A DNA stretch of 58,090 bases, counting the filler, from Jimgerdemannia flammicorona (lineage: Eukaryota): assembly GCA_003990765.1 (NCBI GenBank). It is 3 parts of 3 records of this genome, joined end to end, with 100 filler letters (N's around TTAATTAATTAA, not from the genome) between each part and the next. Parts side by side here need not be neighbours in the genome. Positions count along the whole stretch, not along the records: positions 1 to 19,298 come from RBNJ01001975.1; 2 more parts are not named here. The stretch is one strand, 5' to 3'. Of the stretch, positions 1-12,065 are shown in pieces (position 1 is the first letter of the stretch; each line of letters starts with the position of its first letter). Both the position numbers and the translations under genes were made by a program. The notes under the pieces were generated by a model, which ran no database searches, was not told the DNA's origin, and saw only the letters and a program-made list of their open reading frames with translations.

Positions 1-184
1 AAAAAAAAAAAAGAGGTTATGGGATCAGCAAATTTTTCAGGACTGGACCAATGAATAAGAACACTCAAGAAGATCCTTATTCAGGAGGAAGATGTAATGG
101 TGACCCCAGAATGATGACATCCATACAGGAGACAGCCTTTCCTTGTAAGCCACCAGATCAAAGCACAAGAAGATTATACAGCAT

Positions 185-1123
185 ATGAGATAAGCAATGA
201 TGACCAACTATAAGTCATTGTGACCACAGCATAAGCATCTTGAGGAATATAAAAGAAGGATCAAGAAACTACAGTAACAGCAACCAATAAGATCCATCAA
301 TCCCAAAATAGTCCAAAGACTTACCACAAATGAAATACCTGCTGCCCGCCAAACCTCAAGGTCAAGAAACCACCAAGATATCTCAGTCAAGGAAAGGATG
401 TTCTAAGACATCAGAAGAGCTATGAGGACTCACTCAAGAAGGACTCTTAGTGTCAACCTGGATATTGCAGATCCCTATCACTTTATCCTCTACCATCATG
501 AAATAGAAATAAGGATTACTATTGCTACCGAATGCCTCCAAATGTGGTAGGAGTATGAAATAGGAAACCTCCTCTGCTGGAAGTTCCCACAGGCTAGCCC
601 TCAAGAGCTACAAGATGCCACTCCCATGGATATATACAAGGCAAGAATGGCTAAGAAGATCCATCAGATCTTCAGGCATATACTATGGTTGATCCCCAAC
701 TTGGAGTATATTAGAGTCTCAGATTCCAGAGACCTATCATTCCACCATATCAATGCACTAGAAGCCAGGGTGGCTATAGAAGCCCAGTCCACTATCACCC
801 TCAATAGTGATGAAGTAGAAGACTTCTGGCATCCCATCCTTCAGGACAACCCAGACTAATTCCTGCAAGAATTGATCTCAGTATTCCAAGGCCCAAGCAT
901 CCAGGTTAGACCTCTCCAAGACCCCACATTTGTTCTTTATTTTGTGGAAGAGAACCTCATAGATTGGAGAGCCCCTGATTTCCCCACCGAATGTGATGAC
1001 ATCATCAGCAATGATGTCATCCCATGCAACATCAAAGTATGTGAAAACAACAAATTTATAGATCTCATCTTCTTCAGTGATGATGAGGATGAAGCCCCCA
1101 TAGTCCTGAACTTTCTGCTCTAA
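185..1123 (+). pseudogene. ORF embedded in the U3 region of family A LTR, unknown ~310 aa protein
   Basis: One frame (includes ORF-track 626..859 and 872..1123) broken only by stops that are single C>T changes from Gln/Arg codons. The same reading is seen in the two contig-3 copies. Confidence 0.75.
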
Positions 1124-1140
1124 GTTCTTTATTATACTGA

Positions 1141-1260
1141 ATAATGCCAGCACCAGTATTTTGATATAACACTAGATAATGCCAGTACTGGCATTCTGAG
1201 GTGATGTGAAATTGTTCCAGTACTAGTATTTTGATGTGACACTGAATTATACCAGCATCC
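1141..1260 (+). repeat. 35-bp imperfect tandem repeat x~3.5 in family A LTR
   Basis: Units start at 1141, 1176, 1211 and 1246 (ATAATGCCAGCACCAGTATT...). Also present in both contig-3 LTRs. Confidence 0.75.
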
Positions 1261-2649
1261 TGAACCTGTACAACCATCAGTACCGACTCTGGAACTTAGT
1301 AGTTTTAGTTATTGAAATTTATATTTAGCTTTATATCTTAGCAACTATTGAATTATATTTTGTATAAATACCCCTCTTATTTCCTCTGAAATAAAGTTAG
1401 TCTTCTCAGTGTAATACATATACTTCCTTACAAGCAATCTAAGAGATAACAAGACAGTTAAAGATAAGAAGTTTGAGGACTATAAGACCTTGGGAAGGCA
1501 CTCCAATAAGAACTTGCTTATAACAAACTTGAGTTAGTCTAAGAGATACACCTTGAAGAGAATCTGGCATATTTGAAGGACTCAGTGACCACTATATGAC
1601 AATATATTAAAATAGTATATTATTATAGCTACTTAGTACTAACAGAGCTCATAACTTTTATTATAAAGAGGGAATATTTTTTTAAAGTTACATAGATTAT
1701 ATATTTTATATATTACTGATAAATGATATAAAATTAATAAAATAGTATAAGATTATATACTGATATATCAAGTTACTATCTTAACATTCTTTATTCTTGA
1801 GAGGAGAAAGTAGAGCTAAGATTATAATATACTCAGTATAGAGAATATTTATACAGATTTGAGACTATGGCTAAATATAGAATACTAGATATATCTATAT
1901 ATAGTTATACTATATATAATATCTATAATTACTCTATTGTAAATTCTATTATAATTTCTAGTAGCTTGTTGTTATATATATAATGAACTGTTATATCCTT
2001 TCTTTCTTTGTCAGAACCTACTTATTAAATTTAGCACTAAACTCTAGATATATATTGAACTGAAGGACTGTGTACTAGACTACTTAAAAAGTGATATCAC
2101 TCTAGTATTTATTAGTTAAATTAGAAATGTTTTCAGGAGATATTCCTTAGAGATAGTCAAAGACTTAGAGCTAGATATAGAAAAGAATATACAGTCTTTT
2201 TGTAATAATATAGATATAGTTGTTTATAAAAAAGTAAGATAATTACTTAACCTTACTAAGTATAGTCTATTGGTAGATAATCTATTCTATCTTATAGTAT
2301 TTCTTTATTTCTTATTAGTAATGGAAAGCTTGGAAGTACTGAATTCTTTTAAGGTATTATTGGGCTTCATTCAGATCAGAGTCTCTAGAAATTTATATAT
2401 TAATAGAGAGTGGCTTAGTAGAGATCTATTGATATTTAATAGTTATAAGAATGACTATAGAAATTTTGTTCTTAATTTATTCTCAGTATTATTGCTAATT
2501 ATTATAATATAGTAGGTTATCTTATAAAATATTTAGGATATTTATTAAAAGTATGAAAATTCTATTGAAAATTCTATTATATTATATATTTATATTAGAT
2601 TACTACTTTCTTTATATTTGATAGGATATTATTTTCTTTTTCTTAGATA

Positions 2650-4990
2650 GTATTATATTTAGAATAACCTTTCCATTTTACAAAATAGTATTAGATAAGC
2701 TTAGCTAGCTTGTTAAAATTATCAGTCCTTATAATCTAAGATATAATTAACTTTATATTCTAATTTCTGGTTAATAATAATCAGATCTGAGAGTAGTATA
2801 GTTCTTTTTTTAAAGGTGTTTGAGATATATATATAGCTGAAGTTAAAATATATAAAATACTAGGTGAATTCTTTCTGAGATTATCAGAAGGTCCAACTTA
2901 TTATAATAGGATCATACTTCTCTAAGATCTCAAATAGTTCAATATAGTAAAGTCTAGATTTCTTCTTTGGATCAGTATTGTCTAGAATCAGATATCAGAT
3001 GCTAAGTAATATATATTTACCTTTTTCATAAGTGACTTCTCTTCTATTTTTATCAGTATATATCATATATATTCTTTATACTTCTATAAGAGTATTATAT
3101 ATATACTTACTGAATATTACATACTTTATAATATTAGTAATTCCTTATATAGCTAGTACTATAGCTCATATACATAGTAGTTATAGAGGTTTAAGAATAT
3201 TATCTATAGTTTAGATAGAATAGTATCATCTTGGTGCTTGTACTCATACTATTATTGTATATGAATTTAGCTAAGATTAGCTTTTTATCTCAATTATTCT
3301 GTTTATAGCTATAGTATATACTAAGTATTTACTTTAGAGTTTAGTTAGTTCATTCTGTTTAGCCATCTGTCTATGAGTGATAGATAGTAGATATTTTGAG
3401 TTATACTCCTAGGTCTTTGAAGAGTACTTACTAGAAATTATTTATAAATTTCACATCTCTATTAGAGATATATAATTACTAATAGTAATCTATGAAGATG
3501 GAATATATTATCAATAAATAATTATACTATTTCTGAAGCTATTACAGTAGTAGTTGATATAACAAAATAAGTCTGCTTACTGAGATGATTGATGAAGACA
3601 ATGATTACATTTCTTCTCTTCTTAGTTTTTGGTAGTTGAACAATAAAGTCTATTCTAATATAGTCTCAGTTTTAGATAGAAATTAGTAGTGGCTAATATT
3701 TCAGCTAGTACATATTTGCTAGACTTATATCTTTAGCAGATATTATAGAATATAATATAATTCTTAATATTAGCTATTATTTTGAATTAGTAGAAATCTC
3801 AGATAATATATTAATATATTTTATCAAATCTCATATAACTGGTTATAGATATATTATATAGTTTTTATAAAATTTACAAATAGATAAGAGTGTCAGAAAT
3901 TCAAATTCTTATATTATTAAGATATATATATCTATTTTAATATTTATCAATTTCTTATATATTATTATTCTTAGTATACTCCTTTTTGACTTTCTCAAAT
4001 AGACTAATAATAATATTGCTAATTACTATAAGATTATCTTTCTGAGTACTTCAGGAGAGTATATCAGCTACTTTATTCTTAGTATTAGTAATGTGCTTAA
4101 TTTTAATATTAAAGAGTATAAGGATCTATATCTATTATATCTGCCTTTCTATAAGAATTAGTTGTATCTAAATATATCAAAGAGTCTGATGGTCTGTATA
4201 TAGAGTAAATTTCTTATTGAGGAGAAAGTATCTTTATATTTATAGAAATCAGATAATAGTAAGAAGTTCTTTATCTTATATAGTATAGTTCTTTTCATAC
4301 TTATTTAGCTTCTAGAATAGATATACATAATAGAGTATTCATACTAAGTTAATATAGCTCTAATAGTAATATTTGAAGTATTTATAGTAATAATAAAGAG
4401 TTCTAAAAAGTCAGGACTGATCAGAGTTAGTATATCAGACAGTATTCTCTTGAGAGTATTCATAGCTATAGGATATTCTTCTGTTTATTTTTATTTTTAT
4501 TTTTTTTTTAATATTGACTTCTTTCTTATAGAAACTTATAAGTAAAGAGACAATTACTAAGAATTTTTAAATAAATCTTCTACAGTATTTAGCTAATCTA
4601 TTAAATTCTCATAGAGACTTAAGAGTCTTTGAGATAGGTCAATTATAGATTGCTTCAGTCTTTTTCAGATCAATAGCAATACTATTTACTGAAATAATAT
4701 ATTTTAAATATTTAATTTTTTTTTTAAAGAAATAGTATTTCTTTTTTTTACTAAGAGCTTATATTTATAAAGTATGTCAAAACTATTTTTAAATTTATCA
4801 GTAGATAGTATTACTTATACTATATACTAAGATGTTATCTAGATATACTAAAATGAATACTTTAAGATATTTCTGAAATATATCATTTATTAGTATCTAA
4901 ATCTTATTCAAAATGCTGTCTTTGAAATATTTTCTTTCTTAATATAAATTTGATAATATCTAAATATAAGATTAATAAGTAAATAGATCT
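2650..4990 (-). pseudogene. Heavily degraded Ty3/gypsy pol (RT to integrase)
   Basis: Minus-strand relics KTAF..RF and FILVYLDNILVYS (RT, ~4820-4950), IISNRDVKF...YHS*TDG*TE (integrase core, ~3330-3500) and DKNRREVTYEKG..IHLVF (integrase C-terminus, ~2850-3060). Confidence 0.75.
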
Positions 4991-5013
4991 TGACTTTATA
5001 TACTAGTCAATTA

Positions 5014-5117
5014 TACCTCTTTCTCTACTACCTTACCAGTTATAAGGTTCGATAGATAATCTTCTGAGTCCTCTTTCTCTTATTACATATTATCTCCTCT
5101 ATCTCAGATTAGTTTGC

Positions 5118-5121
<4 letters not shown>
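5014..5121 (+). mobile_element. 5' part of 1.17-kb retroposon C (continues at 18667-19100)
   Basis: Matches the 5' end of the copies at 20959-22125(-) and 53966-55144(+). Split by a LINE insertion with TSD AGTTTGCTGTA (5111-5121 / 18667-18677). Confidence 0.8.
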
Positions 5122-5154
<33 letters not shown>

Positions 5155-8100
5155 GTCACTTGGACTCCATCTTTATTACCAGTCTATGAATAAGTATACA
5201 ATATCACCACCCACTATTTGATCCTCATAGAGGGGCCCCTCCCTACCTCTTCACATATAAAGACCACCCTCTCACCAATGACTCCAACTCTCCCACCACT
5301 CTGACCATAGATTTTCACCACCAAGTAGCACCTCCAACTCCCCTGCAGCCCCCAACCAAGCCACCAGCCTGTTAAGGTGTCTTCCATAAGGCACTGCCAC
5401 TGTGATAACCAGCTTCCCAAGCTCTGTCACCTCTCCTCCTCAAATACAAATAGCCAGTGACTGGCCAGCCCAACCCAAATAGCCAACACCCAGCCTAAGG
5501 TAATCCACTCCACCTCTATCCCTCCTATCAATTGATCCCTCAGGTCCTCCCACCTCCCCTGTATATCATCTCCCCTACGCTTCACCCCCAAGCAGTCCCC
5601 AATGGCCCGCCAAAAGTCTCCCAATATCTCACACTCTCCTAGCTAATGTTCTGGCATCTATACAAATCCCCCTTCCTGCCCTACATTATGGCACTCCTTG
5701 CAATCGAAGCAGCCCCCTATGACAAGGTATCCTGAGCGGAAGTTAAGCATCATATTCCTCCTTAGCACACACTACCAGACCACCCAGTACTTCAGTGGCA
5801 GCCATTTTTTCACTGTGGTACTCCAGTTCCAAACCCCATACCAGTTCCACTTCTCTCCAATTCCAACTCCTTGCCATCCACTAGGCCACAAATCCTGGCC
5901 CAGTCCCCTTTGACATTCTACTCCATCACCAATGTTGAACTCAGGTAAAGATACACCACCCAGTAGAATGCCATCCCATCTCCACATTACTGGGTCCCAA
6001 GCCCTCTCCCCCTCATTCCCTTGCCAGTGAATACCAATGCGGTGTGCCCCCTCTGCTATCCCCCATCAGAAGCCTTTATATCGCAATTGTGCAGTGTTCT
6101 GAAGCCCAACTAATGAAAGAAGATCACCAGTCGAGCCTCTTGGTGATGACTGCCTCTCCCAGACCTTCTGCAGCAGGGGAACCCAACCTCCTCCATGCAA
6201 CTCCACTGCTCTCTTAAGCCACCATGCCCTTAAGCAGTGTAGTCATTTGGGGAAGTCCACTAGCCCAAGACCACCTCTCACCACCAGTAGGAACAAGGTC
6301 TCCCAACCAATCTGACTCCATCTGCCAGCCCAAATCCATCCCTTGGCCACCTTCACCAATCTCTTCACCACCCAGGCTGGGAAGTCCAGATGATAAGTCA
6401 AATACCACAGCTTCAGTAGCCAGTATACATTCAAAATTGAGATCCTTCCTGCCAGAGAGAAGTGTCTACCCCCCCAACCCTGCAGGTCCTCCTCCCAAAT
6501 TCCAACCCTCTGCTCCCACCACAGCCTGGGCAGAACAGATCCATAGACTGACAAATAGATGCCCAAGTACCGCACTGCCTCTCTGGTGGGGACAATTGTT
6601 CCAATAATCTCTCCTCCCACCAGGCCATTGTCCAGCACCATTGTTTCATACTTGTGCCAATTCAGCTTTACCCCAGAGTACTCCTCATATCACTCCACAG
6701 TCTTCTTGAGCTCCTCGACATCAGCAATCACTCCCAAACCAACCACCATATCATCTGCAAAAGCTCCAACTTTCCAGCCAACTCCATAGATAGAGAGCCC
6801 CACTATTCTCTGCCAAATTCTGTCCATTAGAGGTTCCAAGGAAAGAGCATACAAAATGGGGGACAGTCCCCCCTACCCAGAGGGAATGCTACCCCTCTAT
6901 GCCCATTACACATGATCACAGCCCTACTCTCTTTCAGTAGGCTGACCATTGCCAACTGAAATGGGACTGGAACCCCAATTCAATCTAATACTTTTGTCAG
7001 CCAGACTCACCTCACCTGGTCATAAGCCTTCTCCTGGTCCAAGAAAACAAGATACCCATCCAGTCCACAGGCTCTAGTATTTTCAATAACTCCATATACC
7101 CAGGCTGTGCCATCTCTAATAAGTCGACCCCCTATGAAGCCCCTCTGCTCAACACCCACAATTTGCTGGGCTACCTTTTGTAGCCTTGCAACCACTACCT
7201 TAGTCACCAACTTTCTGTCCATATCTAGCAATATTATCAGCTGCCAGTTCTTCCAATCCTCTAACCTTCCTTTGTTCTTATAAAGCAGCATCACCAGCCC
7301 AAGTTCCTGCTCCCCCACCCATCTCCCCAACTGCAATATAAAGTCACACAGTGCCATCAACTCCTCCAACATACCTGGGACTCCAACCATTCGCTTCCAG
7401 AAGTCCCAGGGTAGGCCATCCTCCCCAGGCACCGTACCTGAGGCTGTTGCAGCAAGAACCTGGCAGATCTCATCCTCCTTTACAGGTATCACCAGATCAC
7501 CTAGTCCCTCAGCTTATGGTGGGTGCCAATCCTCTAATGTTCAGTCAATGGCTGTAGCATCTGCCCCACCCTCCTCCTCACTCCACAATCCACTCCATCA
7601 CTCCTTCAGTATTCCAAGGATATCCTGTACACCATGCACTAGTATACCATCTGAGTCAAGTACCCCTTTTCACTGCTGCTGTACCCTTCTCACTTAAAGT
7701 GTCCTCATGAGAAACTTGGAAGGTCTCTCCCCTTCCTCCAGCTCCTGCCAATGAAGCCATGCTGCCAGGCCTTGCATCCTTGACTCTTCCTCTTCCCACA
7801 GCACCTGTTGTAGTTCCCCAACCTCCATCTTCACTCTCATTATTCTCCAATCCTCTTCTCTCTCCACTATTGCCAGTCTTGCCCACTCCTCCAGGAGCCT
7901 AGCCAATCTAGTAGAAGCCCAATGTACTCTCCACCTTTACTGCTTCTCAGCCTCTCCGCCAGCCTTGCTCCAGTATATTCTGGCCAACTCTTTCATTCTC
8001 ACCCATTGAACCCCAATTGAGGCCCCTTCCTGCCACCAGTTCGCCACCTTCAGCTGAATGTCTTTCACCCACTCCTCTTACTGAGACTCATCATCCAACA

Positions 8101-10026
8101 AGGAGGAATTTAGGTGCCAATGTCTAGGCCCATCACCACTTCCCCCAAAACACCCCTGTCTCAAAAGGCCCCAGTGATCTGATCACAGACACCATTCCAC
8201 CTCTAGCACCTTCCAAACATCACAGCCCCAATAGTTGGCCATCAGAATCCAGTCAATCCTTGTCCCTAGGCCTCCAGCCCAATGTGTATATACCCTCCTG
8301 TCCTCCCAGTACTCCCTACCTGCATCAATCAGTGCTCCTAGCCTTTCAACTTCCTCCTATATCGCCAGCCCCCCACTCCTGCTCTCAGCACCCCTTTCTC
8401 CATCAGTTCTATCCAACTATATATCCTGAACCATATTGAAATCCCCTCCAAGCATATCCACCCCAGCCTCAGCAAGGACCCCACTCTCCTGGAGCCCTTT
8501 CACCCAATCCACATGCTCCCCCCGCACAGCAGGGCAGTAACAGGAGCCAACTGTAATTGGCTCCCAACCTGTACGAATCCACTCACCCCAGACCAATCTC
8601 TCCCCCCAGCTCCTCACATCCCTTATCTCCCCTCTGTCTTTCTGAACCAGAATCCTAATCTTGCTATTCCAAATCACCATGCCACCCCATTCCTTTGTCC
8701 ATTCCATCCTATCAGAATCATCCTCACACCTGACATCCTGCAAGAGGAAGAGATCAGCCTCCAATCTCTTCAGCCAAATAAAAATGTTCCTACATCAAAC
8801 TGCACCCCTTAGCCCATTCATGTTCAAAGAAAAAATATTGGTTGTACTGTTCATAATGAAATATGGTTTGTTCTCAGTCGATCTCTACTGCTCTATGCTT
8901 ATCTTCTCCTGTGCTATGTCTAGATTATATTCTGCCATCACCTCCTCCTCTTCAGCCCTCTGAGCCTCCAATCCAGCCAACAGCTCATTCATCTCCTCAT
9001 CGGCCTTCTCCTCAAACTCCTCTCTGTACTTGATACAAGCCTCCTGCCAAAGCTGTAATCCATGATGCTTGTTCCAACAGTACTCAGCCCTCTCCCCAGC
9101 AATAACCACCATCTCTGCCTCCCACTCCTTGTCCACCTCATACCCTTCCTCCTCCAGATATACTGTGAGAATTTCTGCCTTCAGTGCCATCACCACTCCT
9201 TTCCCTTGCAAAATTCTCACCCAGTGCTCATCACCCATCGCACACAAGTCCACCTCCCCCAACTCTTCTGCCACCAGGTTATTTATCATCCAGCACATCC
9301 AAAGTAGGTTCCCCACCTCCTTCCCACCAGGGGTTGCCAGCCTCCCTCTGTCCAGCATCGTGGTGTCAGCCCTGGCACTCACATTCTCATCCCATACCTC
9401 CAGGACATCCACCAGTTCCTCCTCTCCAGCTGCCACTACTTGATCCCTATTCATTACCTCCGGAATACTGAATTTTACCTGCTGGGTCCCCAGCATCATC
9501 ACATCCTCCCCAGTCTTGTTTCTGGAAGCCAGGCCACACCTGATAAGAGGAGAGGGAGTGGGGGAGTTCTCCCAGACCTCCTCCCAAACCTCTAAGGTTC
9601 TATCAGTATATGGGTCACTAATCTTCACCTCTTTTGCCTTCCCTGTCTCCACCCTATCATTCCCACTCCTCTCGCTAGCCCAGACACTCACTTCGGCCCC
9701 TTCCGCACTCGACTTCTTGCTCGCATCCTTCTGTGGTCCACCCCCCAGTTTAGCCAGCAGATCCTTCTGTCTCTTCTGCCCCTGAGTCCTTTCCCACTGC
9801 ACCTTGTCCACTCGAATCCTCTTTCCATCCACCACCTCCAGGTGCGTCAACTCCTCAAAAGTCTTCCAGGCCTTTGCTCACCACTCCACAGCCCCATCCA
9901 GTTCTTCCAGCACTTCTAATAAATCTTCTTCCTCTTCTTCACTTTCTTTCACCCTTGTCACCTTGCACATGATCGCTCCCCAAACCATCACTGAAGGCCA
10001 GTCCCTCACCTTCCCAGTAGCCTCTT
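5122..10026 (-). mobile_element. L1/Tx1-like LINE, 5'-truncated in ORF1, with poly(A) tail
   Basis: Poly-T at 5122-5151. ORF2 ~5214-8854 has APE endonuclease motifs (FSLNMNG, LLQD, GGDFN, RIDW, SDH) and RT motifs (PGEDGLP, QRGF, FLDQEKAYD, FADD, YLG). ORF1 remnant at 8885-10020. Scattered stops. Confidence 0.9.
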
Positions 10027-11858
10027 TTTACCAAACTGTCTATAATATACTACTAATACAAATATACTCCTCACCCAATCCTACTTGAAAAGTCCCTCTC
10101 TCTCTCACCATTACTCTGAAATACTGCCCACCTCTCTACCACTCCAATCCTTCTCCCACTCTTCATACAGATTGTCTCTACTAGCTACTACTGATATCCT
10201 CTATCTGTACCCTCACCCCTCTACTACCCACTCAATATATCTAACATCAGTCACTCCCATCTAGCCACTATTTCTCCTAATAGCAGTCATAAACCCTCCT
10301 CAAATACTAAATCCAAATCACTAGCACCCATCCTAATATCAGCCACTCATCTTCCACCCTCCCCACCAGCCTCCTCCAGAGGTCTCTCCTATCACTGGTC
10401 CTGGTAAGTACACCTCCAACTACACCTCAATCTTCCTCCAAAAGTCCCCCATCACCTAACACTTCTCCAGCCAATGTTCAGAAGTCTATATCACTCCTCT
10501 CTCCTACTCAATATTCAGAAACTCCTCACACTCCTGAGTACCCTCCTCTACCAAATAGTCTGTCTGATAGTTTAATATAATATTGCACTGTAAAACTCTC
10601 CACTATACTACTCAGAACTTGGGGGGGATCTATTTTACTACCTGCCCACCCTACTACCAAATACTATTCTAGTCTCATCCTCACCAATCCCCACTCCTTA
10701 CCATATCTCTGGCCATAAGTCTCTTCCATATTCCTAAAGGCACTCTATGCTATCTTTTAAGCAGAAATCCTCTACCAGCACTCTGCCCAATAGAAGACAG
10801 TCTCACCTCTATATCTGGGATCTCTATTTCTCCCCCCCCCCCTTATTTCCCCTCTATTGGAGACCAATATAATGTGCCCCATCAACCACTCCTCACTAAA
10901 TCCCCTATACTACATCCTCTGACTACCCTCCAAAGCCACCAGAGACAGAAGATCCCCAGTTATACCATAGGGGGAGAATCAGGCTTCTCATACTCCTTAT
11001 ATAAGAGAAATCCACTCTCTACCCCTCAACTCACTCACATACTTCAGACACCATGCTCTCAAGTAGTGAAGACACTTGAGATAATCCACTAGCCTTAGGC
11101 CTCCTCTGACCACTAGCTAAGTCAATATCTCTCAACTAATCTGACTCTATTACCCCACCCATATTCAGGTCTTGGCTATCTTCAGAAGTTACTTGATCAC
11201 CTATGCTGGAAATTTCAAGTAGTACTCTAGATATCATAGTTTAGGCAGTCAGTATATATTCATCACTATTACCCTTCTTGTCAAAGAAATATATCAACTA
11301 TCCCACCCCAAGAGGGTGCTTTTCTACTTCATCAACTACTGCTCCTACCACTCATATGGCAATAAAGAACCATATACTAAAAAGTAGATTCCCAGATAGC
11401 AAACAGCCTCTTCCACTGGAACAATTATTCCAATTACATTCCTTCCTACTATTCCTCTACTCAGTACCAAGGTCTTACACTTATATCAGTTGAGCTTAGC
11501 ACTAAAGCATCTCTTATACTACTCTACTGCATTCTTTAGCACTACAACATCTACAACTAATCTAAGCCCAACCACTATATTGTCAGTGAAGGCCCCCACC
11601 TTTCAGTTAACCCTTAGTATATCTAACTCTCTCACCTTATACCATATCCTATCTAGAAGTAGCTCCAGAGACAGCACATACAGTATTGGTGACAGTGGAT
11701 CCCCCTGTAGCACTCTTCTGCCTAGAGGAAAAGAATACCCCCCATATCTAATTACTATAATTGCTGCCTGACTTCTCTCCAACAGACTGACTAGAGCCTG
11801 CTGGACTCCATAAGAGACTCCAATGTACATCAGTACTCTTTCCAACTATACTTACTAG
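10027..11858 (-). mobile_element. Older L1/Tx1-like LINE, 3' portion (continues 18324-18666)
   Basis: QGDPLSPILY RT motif (ORF 11603..11845). The 3' region matches the LINE end at ~57390-57450. Interrupted by a hAT insertion. Confidence 0.85.
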
Positions 11859-11879
11859 TAGTGCTCTAAATGAATGGAG

Positions 11880-12065
11880 TTGATCCAGATGAGATTTGAT
11901 TCAGGTTCATCATGTGATAGATTCAAATCAACTCAGATTGGTCTTATGATCTGATCTGGATTGATCTGGATTGATCTGGATTGATCCATCCAGATTGATC
12001 CATCTAGATGATCCATCCGGATTGATCCATCCAGATGATTCATCTGGATGATCCATCTGGATTGA
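11880..12065. repeat. hAT left subterminal repeat array (GATCCATCC/CTGGATTGAT)
   Basis: Dense short GATC-containing direct and inverted repeats next to the TIR. Confidence 0.8.

Larger units (their letters stand above)
93..1601 (+). mobile_element. 3' LTR of Ty3/gypsy family A (~1.5 kb)
   Basis: TG(TAA)...(TGA)CA ends, preceded by the purine tract GGAGGAAGA. Colinear with the LTRs at 43740-45267 and 48920-50443 (reverse). TATA-like TATAAATA ~1363 and AATAAA ~1390. Confidence 0.9.
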
